From positions 124,001 to 188,000 of the forward strand of contig LVLI01000214.1 in assembly GCA_001687465.1 (NCBI GenBank): 64,000 nt of DNA, written 5' to 3'. Both the position numbers and the translations under genes were made by a program. Numbering within the stretch: the stretch's first letter is position 1; every line of letters begins with the position of its first letter. The stretch comes from Halocafeteria seosinensis. Its lineage: Eukaryota. Of this stretch, positions 24,367 through 37,082 are shown one piece after another. The notes under the pieces are model-generated. The model was not told the DNA's origin. It made no database searches and was given only the letters and a program-made list of their open reading frames with translations.

Positions 24367-25568
24367 ATGTTCCGTGGCACTCCGTGGAGTACAGAAAACA
24401 AGCTGGTTTGTGCCATTGGTGCACTTTGGTGTAATCGACGACGGAAATATAGCATCATGGGTTCCGATCGTAATGGCGACGACTACTATGCTGTCTTGGG
24501 CCTGCAACGCAGCGCTACACAAGATGACGTCAAGGTGGCCTTCAGGGAATTAGGTGGGTAATTCCGGTATTACGTTGCTCGTTGGATTTCGTTGTTGTCT
24601 TACGTCTTGCATATACGTGCAGCGAAAAAGTACCACCCGGATTTGAATCCAGAAGTGAAGGTATGGTTAGAAGTCCTTGAAACTCTGGCTCAGGACTGGT
24701 GCTTACAACAAATATGCCGATCTGCAGGATGCTGAAACGTCCTTCAAAAAGATCAATGAAGCATATGCGACATTATCAGACCCCGTTGATAGAAAGGCCT
24801 ATGATATGACCAACAGATTCGCGGGCGTATCCCAAACAAGTGGCGCCTACAGAGCACAGAATCCACGGTATGACATGTCAGGGTTTGGAGCATCTTCGGG
24901 TAGAGGACCCCACGTCAGAGAACGGCACACTTACTATAGAAGGCAACAGACAGGCGATCAAGGTGGCGATGCTTCCCAATATGTGAGTACAAGAGTGGTG
25001 GGTGTACCGTGTTGCGCATTCTTTTACTTGTCTCTTGAACTGCCTTCCAGATGGATTTCGAGGAATGGAACAGAATGCACTTCGGCCCTTCTGCTGGTCA
25101 AATGAATCAAGCATTCTATGACCGATATAAAGAGGCACGATCCTGTAAGGCGATTTCTTCTAAGTGTCTTTCTAGGCTCACTGTTGGTGGTATGAAGGTG
25201 ATCACGATGCAGCTGGTTGGAGAGCCGGCTTCGGAGCTGGTGCTAGTCAATATGACAACGAATACGCTAACATTCACAAGGAATATCAATGGAGAAAATT
25301 TGGTATTGCATACTCCGAAAGAGGACCGATGGAAAACAATTACTACCAGGAAAGAGCGCACGTGTAAGTGTTTTCAAATCCCAGTATGTTCGCCTCTATA
25401 CCGGGATACATGAGCTATCCTGTTACCCGCAGACATAGAGCGAATCGAGCCGTCAGAACAGCCATGTGGCCCTTCAAGATAATGATGTTTGCAGGGATGG
25501 GATACCTATGTTATACACTGGCTGAATGGTCACGAGCCAAACACCTCAGAGAGAGGGTGCCTTCATGA
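24367..25568 (+). CDS. DnaJ/Hsp40 J-domain protein, multi-exon, possibly mitochondrial, with a C-terminal TM helix
   Basis: The spliced J-domain reads DYYAVLGL..DVKVAFREL/AKKYHPD/..FKKINEAYATLSDP, with the HPD motif intact. Alternative start at ATG 24457. Confidence 0.88.
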
Positions 25569-26466
25569 CCCTACTTTACGACGCCATAAATTTGGCATCC
25601 ATTTGCATCACCCGAATGGCTGTTTTTGACGGTATTCAGGCTGAATCAAAATTTGAAGACGTATTTGTCGCCGGCTTGGAATAAGAGGCAAATGTGTCAT
25701 GTTTCTTTTGTCGACCGTATTGGATTCGGTCCAGGAACTATCCATTTACCGGAAAGCTAATCACCTTCAAACGTCATTGTACGTGTGCAGTCGATCTCGT
25801 ATCCTCGGTTTAGAGGTTCCCGGTATGTTAATGACGGCTACAGCGCTACATCTTTATCAAAAGAAACAGTCTCTCGCATAAAAGTGGCCCCCAGAGTGAA
25901 CTCCCAGTGTCACTTTGAAGACCGTCGTCGTCCGAAAGGAAGTTCCACATGCATAGCACCTACAGAAAAGGAGCCGCCATTCGTATTAGGTTGCGGGCTG
26001 GAGGGGACGCGTGACCCGGATGCTATTGTTTGAGGGTTCGAGTTGATACTCCCATATGCTTTGCCACTTATCTTATAATGTCGCACCATTTTGATATGGG
26101 GACCAAGAATCGAAAAATGACACGAGATACAATGCACTAGCGCGTCTTCTGTGGCCACTCCCCGCTACTAACGCTTACAGGGTGTTCATGTGACTCCTAT
26201 CGGCAGTAGTGCAGTATATATACTACACTACACCGCGAGCTATGAAATCTTCGCGAAATCGGTCAAGTTGTGTAATACATACATGCACGGCAAGCGCTTG
26301 TGAAGTGCTGCTGGCAACCCACACCTCTCATACGGGCCACAAAGTACGATGCAGAGTGTTTTCATTCGAGATGGGATTGAAACTCTAGATGAGCTCTGCT
26401 TGAGATAAGGTCTGGAAGTATTGCGTCATCTGCGTGAATGCGTCAACAGATGGAAACTCTCTTGAA

Positions 26467-27399
26467 ATGCGAGACCAGAATTTTTCCTCCTGGCTCCTTC
26501 CTGCAGCCGTGTTGGTTGTACTGCTGTTTTCAAACAATGCATTGGGAAAAATTTTAGGTACGGTGGTAGAGTTAGAGAGAACCCATTGGGGTGCAATTAC
26601 TACACCAGTTAGCGATGATAATGGCAATGGAAGGCTTGTAGTGTTTACTGCGTTATTCGGGCACATCGACGACTTACGGAAGCAACCTCAAGAGGATGGC
26701 ATAGATTACTTATGTTTCACTGACCGGACAGAATATGTGAATGACGAGAATGGTTTCGTAAGAGGCTGGAAAATAGTCTACGTCGAGCGTCTCCCCAATC
26801 TAGATGGGCGCAGGATGAATCGACATATCAAGTTGCTTCCACATCTTTACCTGGACCGCAACGTGACACGAAGTTTGTATATCGACGGAACGGTCGACCT
26901 TAAAATGCAACCCTCAAAGGTGTTTGATTATTTCTTACCTAGTGAGCAAGATTATAATTTTGGACATGGTCTACACCCCGAGGGGAGGCTGAATTGGAAA
27001 GACGAGATTCGTGTAACAATAGAGCGTGGAAGGGGAGACAAAGACCTATTGGCGGCCCAAGAAAAGGCGTATCAAAATCGAAATATTTCGCTGAGTGCGT
27101 GGAAGGGACTATGGGCGAACTTCGCATTGGCCAGGCGACATTCCCCTGCAATGCAAGAGTTCTCAAAGTTGTGGTGGAACGAACTCTTACAATATTCTGA
27201 GAGGGACCAAGTTGGCCTCGCTGGAGCGTTACATGAAGACAGCGTCGTCCAAAAAAAGTACAGAATTAGCCAACGCCGAGTCCCGTGTGGCCCCACAGGA
27301 AACAAAGCGATTAGAAAGAGGCTCCATTCTTGGTACAAGGAACCAGCAGCTGATCGACCTCGTCATGGGAATCAAGTTCCGTACGTCATTGAGGAGTGA
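26467..27399 (+). CDS. DUF616 (TOD1/MUCI70-type) glycosyltransferase-like protein
   Basis: Signal anchor, plus VVFTALFG..D, DYLCFTD, RHIKLLPHLY, SLYIDG, LWWNEL and SERDQ. Intronless. Confidence 0.85.
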   Translation: MRDQNFSSWLLPAAVLVVLLFSNNALGKILGTVVELERTHWGAITTPVSDDNGNGRLVVFTALFGHIDDLRKQPQEDGIDYLCFTDRTEYVNDENGFVRGWKIVYVERLPNLDGRRMNRHIKLLPHLYLDRNVTRSLYIDGTVDLKMQPSKVFDYFLPSEQDYNFGHGLHPEGRLNWKDEIRVTIERGRGDKDLLAAQEKAYQNRNISLSAWKGLWANFALARRHSPAMQEFSKLWWNELLQYSERDQVGLAGALHEDSVVQKKYRISQRRVPCGPTGNKAIRKRLHSWYKEPAADRPRHGNQVPYVIEE

Positions 27400-27940
27400 G
27401 CAAATATCTAAAATGCTTCAGGTTAAGCTGTGAATATCAAATTAATCTCAGCTTGTACTCAACAGAGACTTCAAACGATATTGTCATTCTATCTCAGGCT
27501 ATGTAGCGGAGTATTCATGTTTTTTGACAAAGGTGCTTCCATCAGTAGCTCCACAGCGAAAAGGGCACTGAATTGTTCTATGGAACTGTTTACGGATGAA
27601 GTGAATACTGTGGAGGCACGCTTAAGTAAACCCCACTCACACATTGTGAAGAACTAAAACTCATTCGTATCTGTTGTTGTCTTAACAAAAAACAACGCTC
27701 ATGGTGAAATGAAAGTCATCATATCATAAACCGTGGCCTTGAGCACTCTGGATCGCCCAATGACGTTTGAGTGCTATGCTATGATGCATAATAGAAGATG
27801 CATTGTGCTAGACGGTTGTATTGTATGCATTCCCAATTCGGCCCCGCACTGACGCGAATATTACTGTCCTACTCATTCGTTGCCAACTCCACCAAACCGT
27901 TGTCTATTCGTCTTCATTCTTATCAAGGAGTGGTACGAGT

Positions 27941-29071
27941 CTACGCACGTGATACACGTGTGTTCCCTACTCTAGCAAAGGGCTTCCCGTCATCAGCGTA
28001 TGTCTCATCGTCAAATTCCACAAATATTGTCTTACCACAAGCTGTCACCGATTCTTCAACTATTTGTGTCTCCACACGCTTGCAACTACGATATGCTATT
28101 CGGGGATCGCGGAATTCTTCTGGAAAGAAGGCTGGAACCTCTTGTGCGGTACCAACACCGGTCGGCTTAAAATACCGCGAATGCCATTCAATCAAAAGTG
28201 AAGATAGATGGCAAATAGTTCGTTGTTGGACAATCTGTGGGACCACAACGTATTCTGCCCCCTCCATGTCCATCTTCATCAGGGTATGTGCTGGCTTCTC
28301 ACGGCTCGGTACCCACCTCTTAGCGATTCTTTCAAGCAGCGCGGATAAATCGATAGACTGAACCTCAACTGGGATGGACGCCCTTTCCCGCCTGTTTAAC
28401 ATGCTAGAGCCAAGTGCTGTTTGGAAAGGACCTATGTAGAATGGTACTTTCTTGTCTTCTATACCAATAATTGTTTTCGTGAAAACACGTGTTCTCCAAC
28501 CGAGCTGTTTGTACAGGGTCTCAATTCCCGAAAGCCTTTCTGACAGCAATGGGTTTCCTTCGAACCCAAATACACATACGTTTTTTCTCCTTTCTCTTTC
28601 ATCACCGAAATATTGACTAAACACATCTATGATAGGGGCTCCTGGGTACAAATGAGACTCAAATACTTTTCGCATTTGGACTCCAATATGAGAGCCGCCG
28701 TCTATGTAGACGTGCTGACATCCGTCAGCCATAGTAGGGGAAAACACATCGGCGGCATTTCTGTAGAAGTCCGAGGATAAGTTACTTCCATTGTTTGATA
28801 CGGGCGCTGCGTTATTGGTACTACTCTGCATATGCTCCCCAAACACACCCGCGGAATGATCCACCGATACGATTCTTCCCCATACTCTGAAATCGTGCAA
28901 TGTGATGCATAGTGTTATCAGCACCACTAAAGGCCTTCTACAACGGTACGAACGATTTAAAGCGCCCATTGTATTGATATTAGAAAGAGGGTGAACATGG
29001 AAAACATAACCGATGTCGGGAGGGGGAGCTTTACAATACGTGAAATATGTGCCCAGTTGCACAAGTGCCAT
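27941..29071 (-). CDS. FkbM-like SAM-dependent methyltransferase with a signal anchor
   Basis: Motifs HVYIDGGSHIG, VFGFEGNP, LMKMDMEGAEY and LLIEWH, with an N-terminal hydrophobic segment PLVVLITLCITL. The true start may be the later MGALNR. Confidence 0.8.
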   Translation of the reverse strand: MALVQLGTYFTYCKAPPPDIGYVFHVHPLSNINTMGALNRSYRCRRPLVVLITLCITLHDFRVWGRIVSVDHSAGVFGEHMQSSTNNAAPVSNNGSNLSSDFYRNAADVFSPTMADGCQHVYIDGGSHIGVQMRKVFESHLYPGAPIIDVFSQYFGDERERRKNVCVFGFEGNPLLSERLSGIETLYKQLGWRTRVFTKTIIGIEDKKVPFYIGPFQTALGSSMLNRRERASIPVEVQSIDLSALLERIAKRWVPSREKPAHTLMKMDMEGAEYVVVPQIVQQRTICHLSSLLIEWHSRYFKPTGVGTAQEVPAFFPEEFRDPRIAYRSCKRVETQIVEESVTACGKTIFVEFDDETYADDGKPFARVGNTRVSRA

Positions 29072-29309
29072 CTGAGCGCTCTGAGCCAGACGCGTCGTTT
29101 GTGAAGATCTCTCGTAGGCAGAAATCGAGTAGTACCGGTATGCATGTACATAGTATAGAATTATCGTATTGCGATCCGATGTATTATTTCATATTTTCGC
29201 TTTCTACATTATCGGAACTCGTATGGGACATATCTGCAATCCCCTGCATTGTAGCGGGCGAGAATTGCGTATGTCCGGAATTTATTGTGCACGATGCTTG
29301 CTGGTGGTA

Positions 29310-31220
29310 TCAACATCTTGGTGTGGATACTGACGGCGGCTTCGTAAACCGTGGAGAGGAGGATTCGACATCCGGGGTCAGGCTCTCCGAGGCTGTATTT
29401 GCCGCACCACGATTCGACGTAGCTTCAGGAGTACTTGGGATATGGCTTTCGCTTGCTTTAGACCGTATGCTATAATTTCCGAGCTCTTCGGAAACACCGA
29501 CCCGGTAGGAGGGGACCGGATTCTGAGTCTGCCACATGCACTCAGAGTAGTTCTCATTAATACCACAGCTATGTGTTTGTGACTGTGGTAGTAATGATCG
29601 TTCAGCTTGAATTTCGATAGATGTAACAAGGCTTGCGGCGCGAAGGTCGTGGGTGTAGGAGGGAATACTGGTGGTAGTCGTCTTTGAGCCGAGAGCAAGA
29701 GGTGAACGCTCCGCATGCGCATCAGTTCTATCGTCGTGCTCGTGGCCATTCTGTCTAACTCTCTGAGTACTTGAAGCTGGTTGAACCGCCTCGCCAGTTT
29801 GTGCCTGAACTAGGTGTTCCTTCCTCTTGGATGCGTCTTCTGTGTGCCGCCCCGTTTTGCGCGGCAATTCTCCACCTCGACAATACCGGGATCGTCGCCT
29901 CTTTCTGTTTGTGAGTTCGGGAGTCTGGCTGTTTTCTTCAGCACGCATTTCAGAACCAGAACTATCCGCCCAGGATTCTGCATCATATCGGTGTTGTTGG
30001 GACCTTGTGGAATCGGTTTCAATAACTCTAACTTTCTTTGCGTAGAGGTCTTCCCTTGCATGATTCGCAACTGGCATATTCTGCCTGAGTGTTCGTAAGT
30101 ACTCTGTATCGATTTCTGCTATCCCGAACGCAGGTGACCTCCGACCACAGTCCGCAGTTACTGCACCCCAGGGATCTACCACGAGTGCATGTCCGTAAGT
30201 CTCGCGCTTTGGGTTGTGTTTGCCTACTTGGGCCGCAGCTACTACGTAGCATTGGTTTTCAATGGCACGGGCTCGCAGCAGAGGTTCCCAATGCTCCATT
30301 CCTGTTGGTACCGTAAAAGCTGAAGGAACGGCGAAGATCTGTCCATTGACATACCCGTGCAAAAACCCAATATACGATAAGATCGAGAAAACATGCCTTA
30401 AGGCTACTTACTTCCGCTCCTGCTTCCCGAAGTTTCCTATACATCGTTGGAAATCTAACATCATAGCACGTCGTCACACCCAACCTGCGATTAATTTCAT
30501 GAGTAATACACTGTAGACACCAGAGAGATGGCTTTATGACGAAGACGGTACACACACCTTCCGAGGGGCGTATCCACTACAATAGACTCGTCTCCGGCTT
30601 TGGTGAAGTTGGATTCCGATAAAGAAAGGGTAGAGCTTGAAAAATCGAATAAATGGGACTGCATTTCACGCTTCAGAGTGTTGTTGACTATCCTCTTATA
30701 CTCCCTCAGTTCGAGGCGTCACCTACTTTCCGGTATTCGGCCACTACATTTCCTGTGGAATCGATAATGTAATGAGTGTTGTAGACGCGTTGAGGGTCGT
30801 CCGTGACCTGGGTTCAATTATACATCGAACATATTCCATCAAATCATTCTGCAGATACCCCATAGTAGCCAATACTCATTCTCTTACTTGTTGCACCCCT
30901 GCGACGGAGATCCAGACTTTACATTTTCGTGCTAATCCAGCCAGTTTCCGTACTGTCTTCCCTTGAGTTCCATCTTCCGCCGCTCGAATGGTAGCCGCCG
31001 GAGAGTCTCCCAGGAACATTGCACACTCGGGTAGAAAGACCATTTTAGCTCCAGCCTCTGCTGCTCTGGAAACAATGGATTCGACTATTTGAGCATTCCC
31101 CTTCTTATCTGCCTTAGAGGTTAGCTGTACCACTGCAAACTTGACGCTCGACGGCAGCAGAGAGGAGGCGGTCTTGTTCGAAGCCGAAGCAGTAGCATTA
31201 GCTTCAGTAGAGGAGAACAT
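29310..31220 (-). CDS. NIT1: Nitrilase-family deaminated glutathione amidase (NIT1-like), multi-exon
   Basis: Motifs AVVQLTS, MVFLPEC (catalytic Glu), EYRK (Lys), TTCYDVRFP (Cys) and VPSAFTVPTG.HWEPLLRARAIENQCYVVAAAQVG.HN.KRETYGH. Confidence 0.92.
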
Positions 31221-31469
31221 TATCGATGGACTGTATTGGGATCTGTTTGTTGCGTATGTGGTTTCAAACTTTGAAACCGCTGGTTTTGTTAAGATAAATG
31301 GGCGGCTAATACACCACTAACTTCAATTCAATTTGAATTGACGATGTATGGAACTTCATAATGGAAGACACCTTTCCCTTTCTTGTGTAGATACATGCAC
31401 AAACCCATTCAGTACAAGGATTGAAATTGGTTCCGAGACAAGCAGTGCTACAGCGCGGCAGACGTCATA

Positions 31470-33529
31470 ATGAGTGAGCAAACTATGAAGAGCCTGGAGG
31501 AGGCAGAAGGATTCAAATTGGGAGATCGAGTGGCTGATGCTGAAGGCTATGTAGGGACTATACGCTACTTAGGACCAGTTTCCACCTCCAAGAACCCGGA
31601 CACGACTTTCGTAGGAGTGGAATGGGATGAAAAAGAAGGACGTGGTAAACATGATGGCTCTGTCCGGGACGAGACAAGTGGAGAAAGACATCGTTACTTT
31701 GAATGTTCAGGTCCAGAAGCTGGTAGTCTGGTAAAACCGACGAAGATCTCAAAGAACAAAGAAATATCGCAGGCGTTGAAGGAGAAGTATCGAGACACAG
31801 AGCAGGATGGAGGAGGAACGGTAACGGCAGAGAGTGGAGAACCTGTAGAAATCGTTTTCGTAGGCACCGAAAAAATTCGGTACGTTTTTTGGGGAATTTG
31901 AAGAGACCAGTTTTCTGACCATACGATTCACCGTTATTCATCCGGTCTAACACATGTTCGTAAGCAGAGAGCAACAAAAATTGGACCGACTGTGGAACAT
32001 TTCCCTGAAGGTAAACCTGTGCATGTCCGCGTCAACTCTGTTTCAGAGCACGACCCAGTTGCACACTCATGCAGAACTGCGGTATTTCCCATGCGGACGA
32101 TGGATCACTCTCTCTGGCCCCCAATCTCACTACATTGGATCTCAGGAACAATCTTTTCTCTGAATGGACATCTGTATGTAGCATGCTGAACTTTGATTGG
32201 AACATATAACTTGTAGAGAGCGTCGTGCAGATCAAGCATATCTGTGATTGTTTACCCAAACTAGAGACTTTGAACCTGGCTGGGAACCAGTTACCTCATG
32301 TTACAGACCAGGAGTCGAGATCGATGAGGTAAGTCGTTTCTGTTCTTACCTCAAGATTGTTTGGGTTCTGCTGTGTTGTGAGAAAATATCCGATCGTACT
32401 GGCGGTTTGGCAATGCAGAGATTCGTTCCCTGCTCTCAAAGTTCTTATTTTGAGTTTTACTGGACTTAATTGGCAAGACATTCAGCTTCTTGAGCAATGT
32501 TTACCGGCATTGGAAGAGTTGCATCTTGTTGGGAACGGAATAGGTTCGCTTCATTTTCGGGAGGATTGTAAAGCGGATGAAAGCATTCCTGGGTTCTCTT
32601 CACTCAAGGTATTGTCTTTAATGGACAATGATGTTGATGATTGGCATGAAATTTGGCGCCTACGGGCATTACCAGCATTGGAGAAACTAATGCTTTCCAA
32701 TAACAAGGTTTCGAACATATTCTATACTGATGGGGACGATGCCCACAGACATCCCTTCGAAAGCCTTCAGGCGTTATCTATTTCAGGCACGCTAATCGAC
32801 AACTGGGAGTCTCTGGATATCTTGCATAAATTTCCCTCTCTACATTGGCTCCGGGCGCAAAACCTCCCGCTATTTGAGAAGGAGGGATTAGGTCCTAAGC
32901 AGGCCAGGCTCTACATTATTGCAAGAGTTCCCAACATAAAAACACTAAATGGCAGCGATATTAGGCCACGGGAGAGGTTAGACGAGGAGCAATCATATGT
33001 TTGCATGGTTGCCGACACTGTGGCAAGCGAGCAGAAGGCAAATAACCTGGCGGATATTCTTCCGGAAGAACTGAGATTGGCCTCTGAAAGAAGAGTAGAA
33101 GAACTTGTGTCCAGAGTGGAGAGGGTTTCTGCAGCAGATGACAACGCAACTCAAGCGCAGATTTTGCGCAAGCATCCGCGGTTTTTCGAGCTTCTAGGAA
33201 AACATGGTGACATTATTGTTGGGAACGTCTCCCAGAGGGCATCCTCGGACACTCTGGGAAGCAACGTGGTATCGCTTACAATTCGAAGCATGGCAGGAAA
33301 TAGCTGTATGATGGACCCTGTCCAGAGGAAGCTGCCACTGACAATGACTGTGGGGCAGTTGAAGCAAATGGCCGCACGATCTTTCAAAATGGATGACGTT
33401 AGCCTCCTTCGCTTGAGTTACCGCGAGACAAAGAATACGTACCCCGATTTCTTGGATAATGATATGAAACCGCTTTCGTTCTACGGAGTCTCCAACAATG
33501 GTGAAATATTGGTCGAAGAGGTGCGCTAA
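31470..33529 (+). CDS. TBCE: Tubulin-specific chaperone E (CAP-Gly, LRR and ubiquitin-like domains), multi-exon
   Basis: CAP-Gly motif GTIRYLGPV..GVEWD..RGKHDGS, leucine-rich repeats, IIARVPNIKTLNGS.I..RER and a C-terminal Ubl segment (KLPLTMTVGQLK..LSFYGV). Confidence 0.92.
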
Positions 33530-33957
33530 TACGTCCTACCTATTTGCGACGTATTAGCAGAAATGTATTAGTTGAGTTCGCCCTTCGCAGGTTGATCCGG
33601 AGGAAGCCCTACGCCAGGAAAAAGTATTTCAGGAGGACCTAGACCGTCGCTCTCGAGAGCAAGTAAGTTGTGCTTCTAGTTTGCTAGATACGAATGACCA
33701 TTGCTTGTCACTGCGTTTACAGGAATCCACGGGTAACTCACGTCTAGCTGCTCACGCGGCTGAAGTTGACAGTGCTTCTGCGGCGGCCAAAGTAACGGCC
33801 AGTCGACAACATTGATATGTGAGATTCTGAACAGTTACAATACAGTACAAAGAATGCGACATGCACCACCGAAAAGAACCGGTGCTTGCTTTTTACATGT
33901 TATCGGTGCAAATTGTAGAATAATCATTGATGTGCAATCCTGCGCTAACCTTAAACT

Positions 33958-36900
33958 CTATAGAAACCCAGAAGTTGAGATATTGTAAAACGGTGTGGTA
34001 GCCGCTTCGAGTCCTTGCCGTACGCCACCAAACCATTCACAGAAGTGTTCAATCGCCACCTGCTGTCTTCGGCACTCACAAACGAACAGTCCGTACTTCT
34101 GAGAATGAGGGTACACCCTAAAGGTGCATACAGGAGTTGTTCCCCAGAAGACCAACACCTTGCTCTCTTGCCACTCTAGTGTTACTTTTTGGCGGCTATG
34201 CAGAAAGGGAGCGGGCAAACAATCGTGTTCGTTCGCTACGGCCCTTATCCGTTTCAGAAACTCTCCAGGTTGAACTTCCGTATAGAGAGACACCATTAAT
34301 TCGTCAGAATGCTGGGCAGAATTTTGTTTGCATTCGTCGATTTCTTGATTTTCCGCTTCGCTGTTCAAACGCAGTCGTCTCACAGGAGAGGCCACTTCTT
34401 CCTGGCGTCTTTCATATTTCATTTCAACGTCGCTATCCTGCCTCTTCCCTCTATCATCATTAGTTTGGTTTCCTGAAGAACGCAGAAAGGTTGATGGCAT
34501 ATTGGGACTTGACGACCGCGGATGTATTTGAGCAACCATCGTTCGCTCTTCCGTTCCCATTACGCTCGGATCCCCTCGGATAAATCCATCCCACTGAGAG
34601 TTGCGGCGGTTGTTCCTAGATTTTGAGGGTATTCGCTGTTTCCGGGTGTCACGAGCATCATCTTGGTTGCTGTTTGTACTTAAGTCACGGGCGCAATGCT
34701 CATCGACGTAATCTGCTTCGACGCTACTCCGAATGGGCCAGAACCATGGCGAAAGTAAAGCTTCCTCTACCCCCATTCTCCTTTCTGGATCTGGATGCAA
34801 CAACCCACAAAGCAGAAGTTTCGACGATAGTGTGAAACGAGTAGGAAACAGCCACTGGGGCAACTCCAGGGCTGCCCTATCTTCCGTCGACAAGTTCTGA
34901 ACAGCGTCATACAAACGATTCAGAAGGCAACCTGATCGCTTTAATTCGCATTCGGAACTGCGCAGTATTTCATTACTATTTGCAGAGTCAGCGGCTCCAT
35001 CCTCATCTTCCTGGCTGCCGATGCGGTTGACAGCGGATGAGAAGCAAAGCCATTGATACAAGTAGCGGAGACAATTAGGATGTTCCTTAATAACGCAGTT
35101 CAAAGATCTTTGGTGTTGCTCTTCTTCAGGTGAGCTCGGACGTGTTGCTGCTTTCATGAGCTGATGTAAGATCCTGTCCCTTCTGCAGATCCATCGATTA
35201 TACTGCAAAAATCGACCGCAAACTCTCAGGTCGCTGTCAAAAGGCAAGCTACCATTTAGCATTGTGTACAAAATAATACCACAGCTCCAAGCATCAGCCT
35301 TTGTACCGTCATAGCCTGGGGCATCCTCCCTCAACGATACTATTTCCGGTGCACAGTAGTAAGGAGACCCAACCACACTTCTTAGCCGTTTTAGGACGGG
35401 GCTATCTAACCGCCATGTCGGAGGTGGGGGTGTAGGTGGGTGAAATCCGAATTGAGGGGACTGTAAGGAATCATCAGAGGGACCATCCGAACAGCTATGT
35501 TTTTGACTCTGTAGACTCGGACTAGAGACAGTTGGCAGCGGAGGTTGGTTCCCATGACGAGTCTGCGACGTGTTAACTGATGCATTTAAACCTTGATTAA
35601 TTAATGAGCAATTGCTAGGGCTACTATCGGAAGGTACAGAATCCTTGCCATCATCTTCAGCTGCCGCCATTAAGCCAGCTAGACCGAAGTCAGCGATCTT
35701 CAGCAGTGGGACATTGCGCGGCACATGCACGGAGAGTTCCATCGACGTTGGTATACAGCGGGAATCAGCTGAGCATATGTCATTCGCGGAATGTTCGAGT
35801 ATCCTAACCTCATCAGCAGGAATACAACCTGAGTTGTCGTGCTCGCTACCTGAAATTTTGTCTACCATTTCTTCCTCATGATTGGTGTCCGACAAGAGGA
35901 GGTTCTCCGGTTTCAAATCACGATGCGCAACCCTCTGTTGATGACAATAGGACATTCCTGCCAAAAGCTGGGCGCTAAATCCCCTAGCAATACTCTCTTC
36001 GGTGCCTGAATCCCTGGGTATTCGCTCAAAGAGCTCACCACCCGAAACCATTTCCATCACCATCAATAGCGTCGTATTCGTATCTTGTACCCATTCCATG
36101 GTAGAAACAAGACGAACAACCTGCACGCGATCAATTCAATATATGCGATACGCTGTTCGAAGTTATAGAACAAACGTACATTTGGGTGAGCTCGGAGCGC
36201 CTGCATTGCCTGAATTTCTCTGAACACTTTCTGTCGTGCCCGAAGGAACTTGACGAACTTCATAGGCACTTGGGGTATTGTAACAAGCTTGTCTTTGACC
36301 TTGACCCGGGTCTCAATGTTTTCTGTCGTAGAGAGTAGCGTCATGGAAGACGAATAGATCTGTACTCGTCAGGCGTCTCACGTACCTATTTGTAGTCTCC
36401 CATCACCCCCAACGACTTCAGAACCTAAGCCGAATATCTCAATACACATGGGCAGCGTTAGTTCGCGGATGTTTCCACTTGAGAAGTCGGGAATACAAGA
36501 GAGCACTTGCCGCGTGGCAGGATTGTAAACCCACCAGATGTGTCTGCATGTGTGGCATACTCTCGTAGTCACTTGACCTTATTCAGCGTAACACTTGAAG
36601 GAAACCTACTCTCTGCTCAATGGTGCGTGTCCTTCCTTCACCTCTTGAGGGACGGAGGTACCCTGTAAAACGGGCCAGAGAAATTGTGCAAGCAAGAACG
36701 ATCTATCGAGAAGAGACATCTCTCATACCTTCCGTGCAATAATACACCTTGATAAGAGCGTCAGCGGGGTTAGTTTATAACCTATTGGATTGACCACTTT
36801 GATCGCGTAAGGAATTTGAGTTTCCAGATCGAGAGCCTCATGGACGGTGCCTGCGCTACCTCCTCCTAAATACGTGTTCAACACATACTTCGGCTCGTCC

Positions 36901-37082
36901 GTTCCCACCAGATGTGTCGGATCGCGCCGCACTGGACTAGCACATCCGCTAAGTGTTGGCTTCGAATTTGCATTGTTGATCCTCCTTAGGGTTTGATCCG
37001 AAGCCGGATCATCGTGATCATGGTTCCACAACCATATCCGTGTACCATCAAAATAGGCCACTCGTTCTACAAACGAGTCCAT
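33958..37082 (-). CDS. CAMK-group Ser/Thr protein kinase with large insertions, multi-exon
   Basis: Motifs LGGGSAGTV, YAIKV, VFREIQAM..HPNVVRL, GGELF, HRDLKPEN, IADFG, GSPYYCAPE and DAWSCGIILY. Confidence 0.92.

Noticed and set aside
25939..25952. 14-mer GAAGTTCCACATGC shared with the CCT3 intron (15687-15700)
   Set aside because: Several exact 14-mer matches are expected by chance in 64 kb, and the flanks are dissimilar.
25820..26089. Short minus-strand ORF that could read through a TGA at about 25910 as a selenoprotein
   Set aside because: No CxxU or other redox motif, no recognisable family and no SECIS-like element seen.
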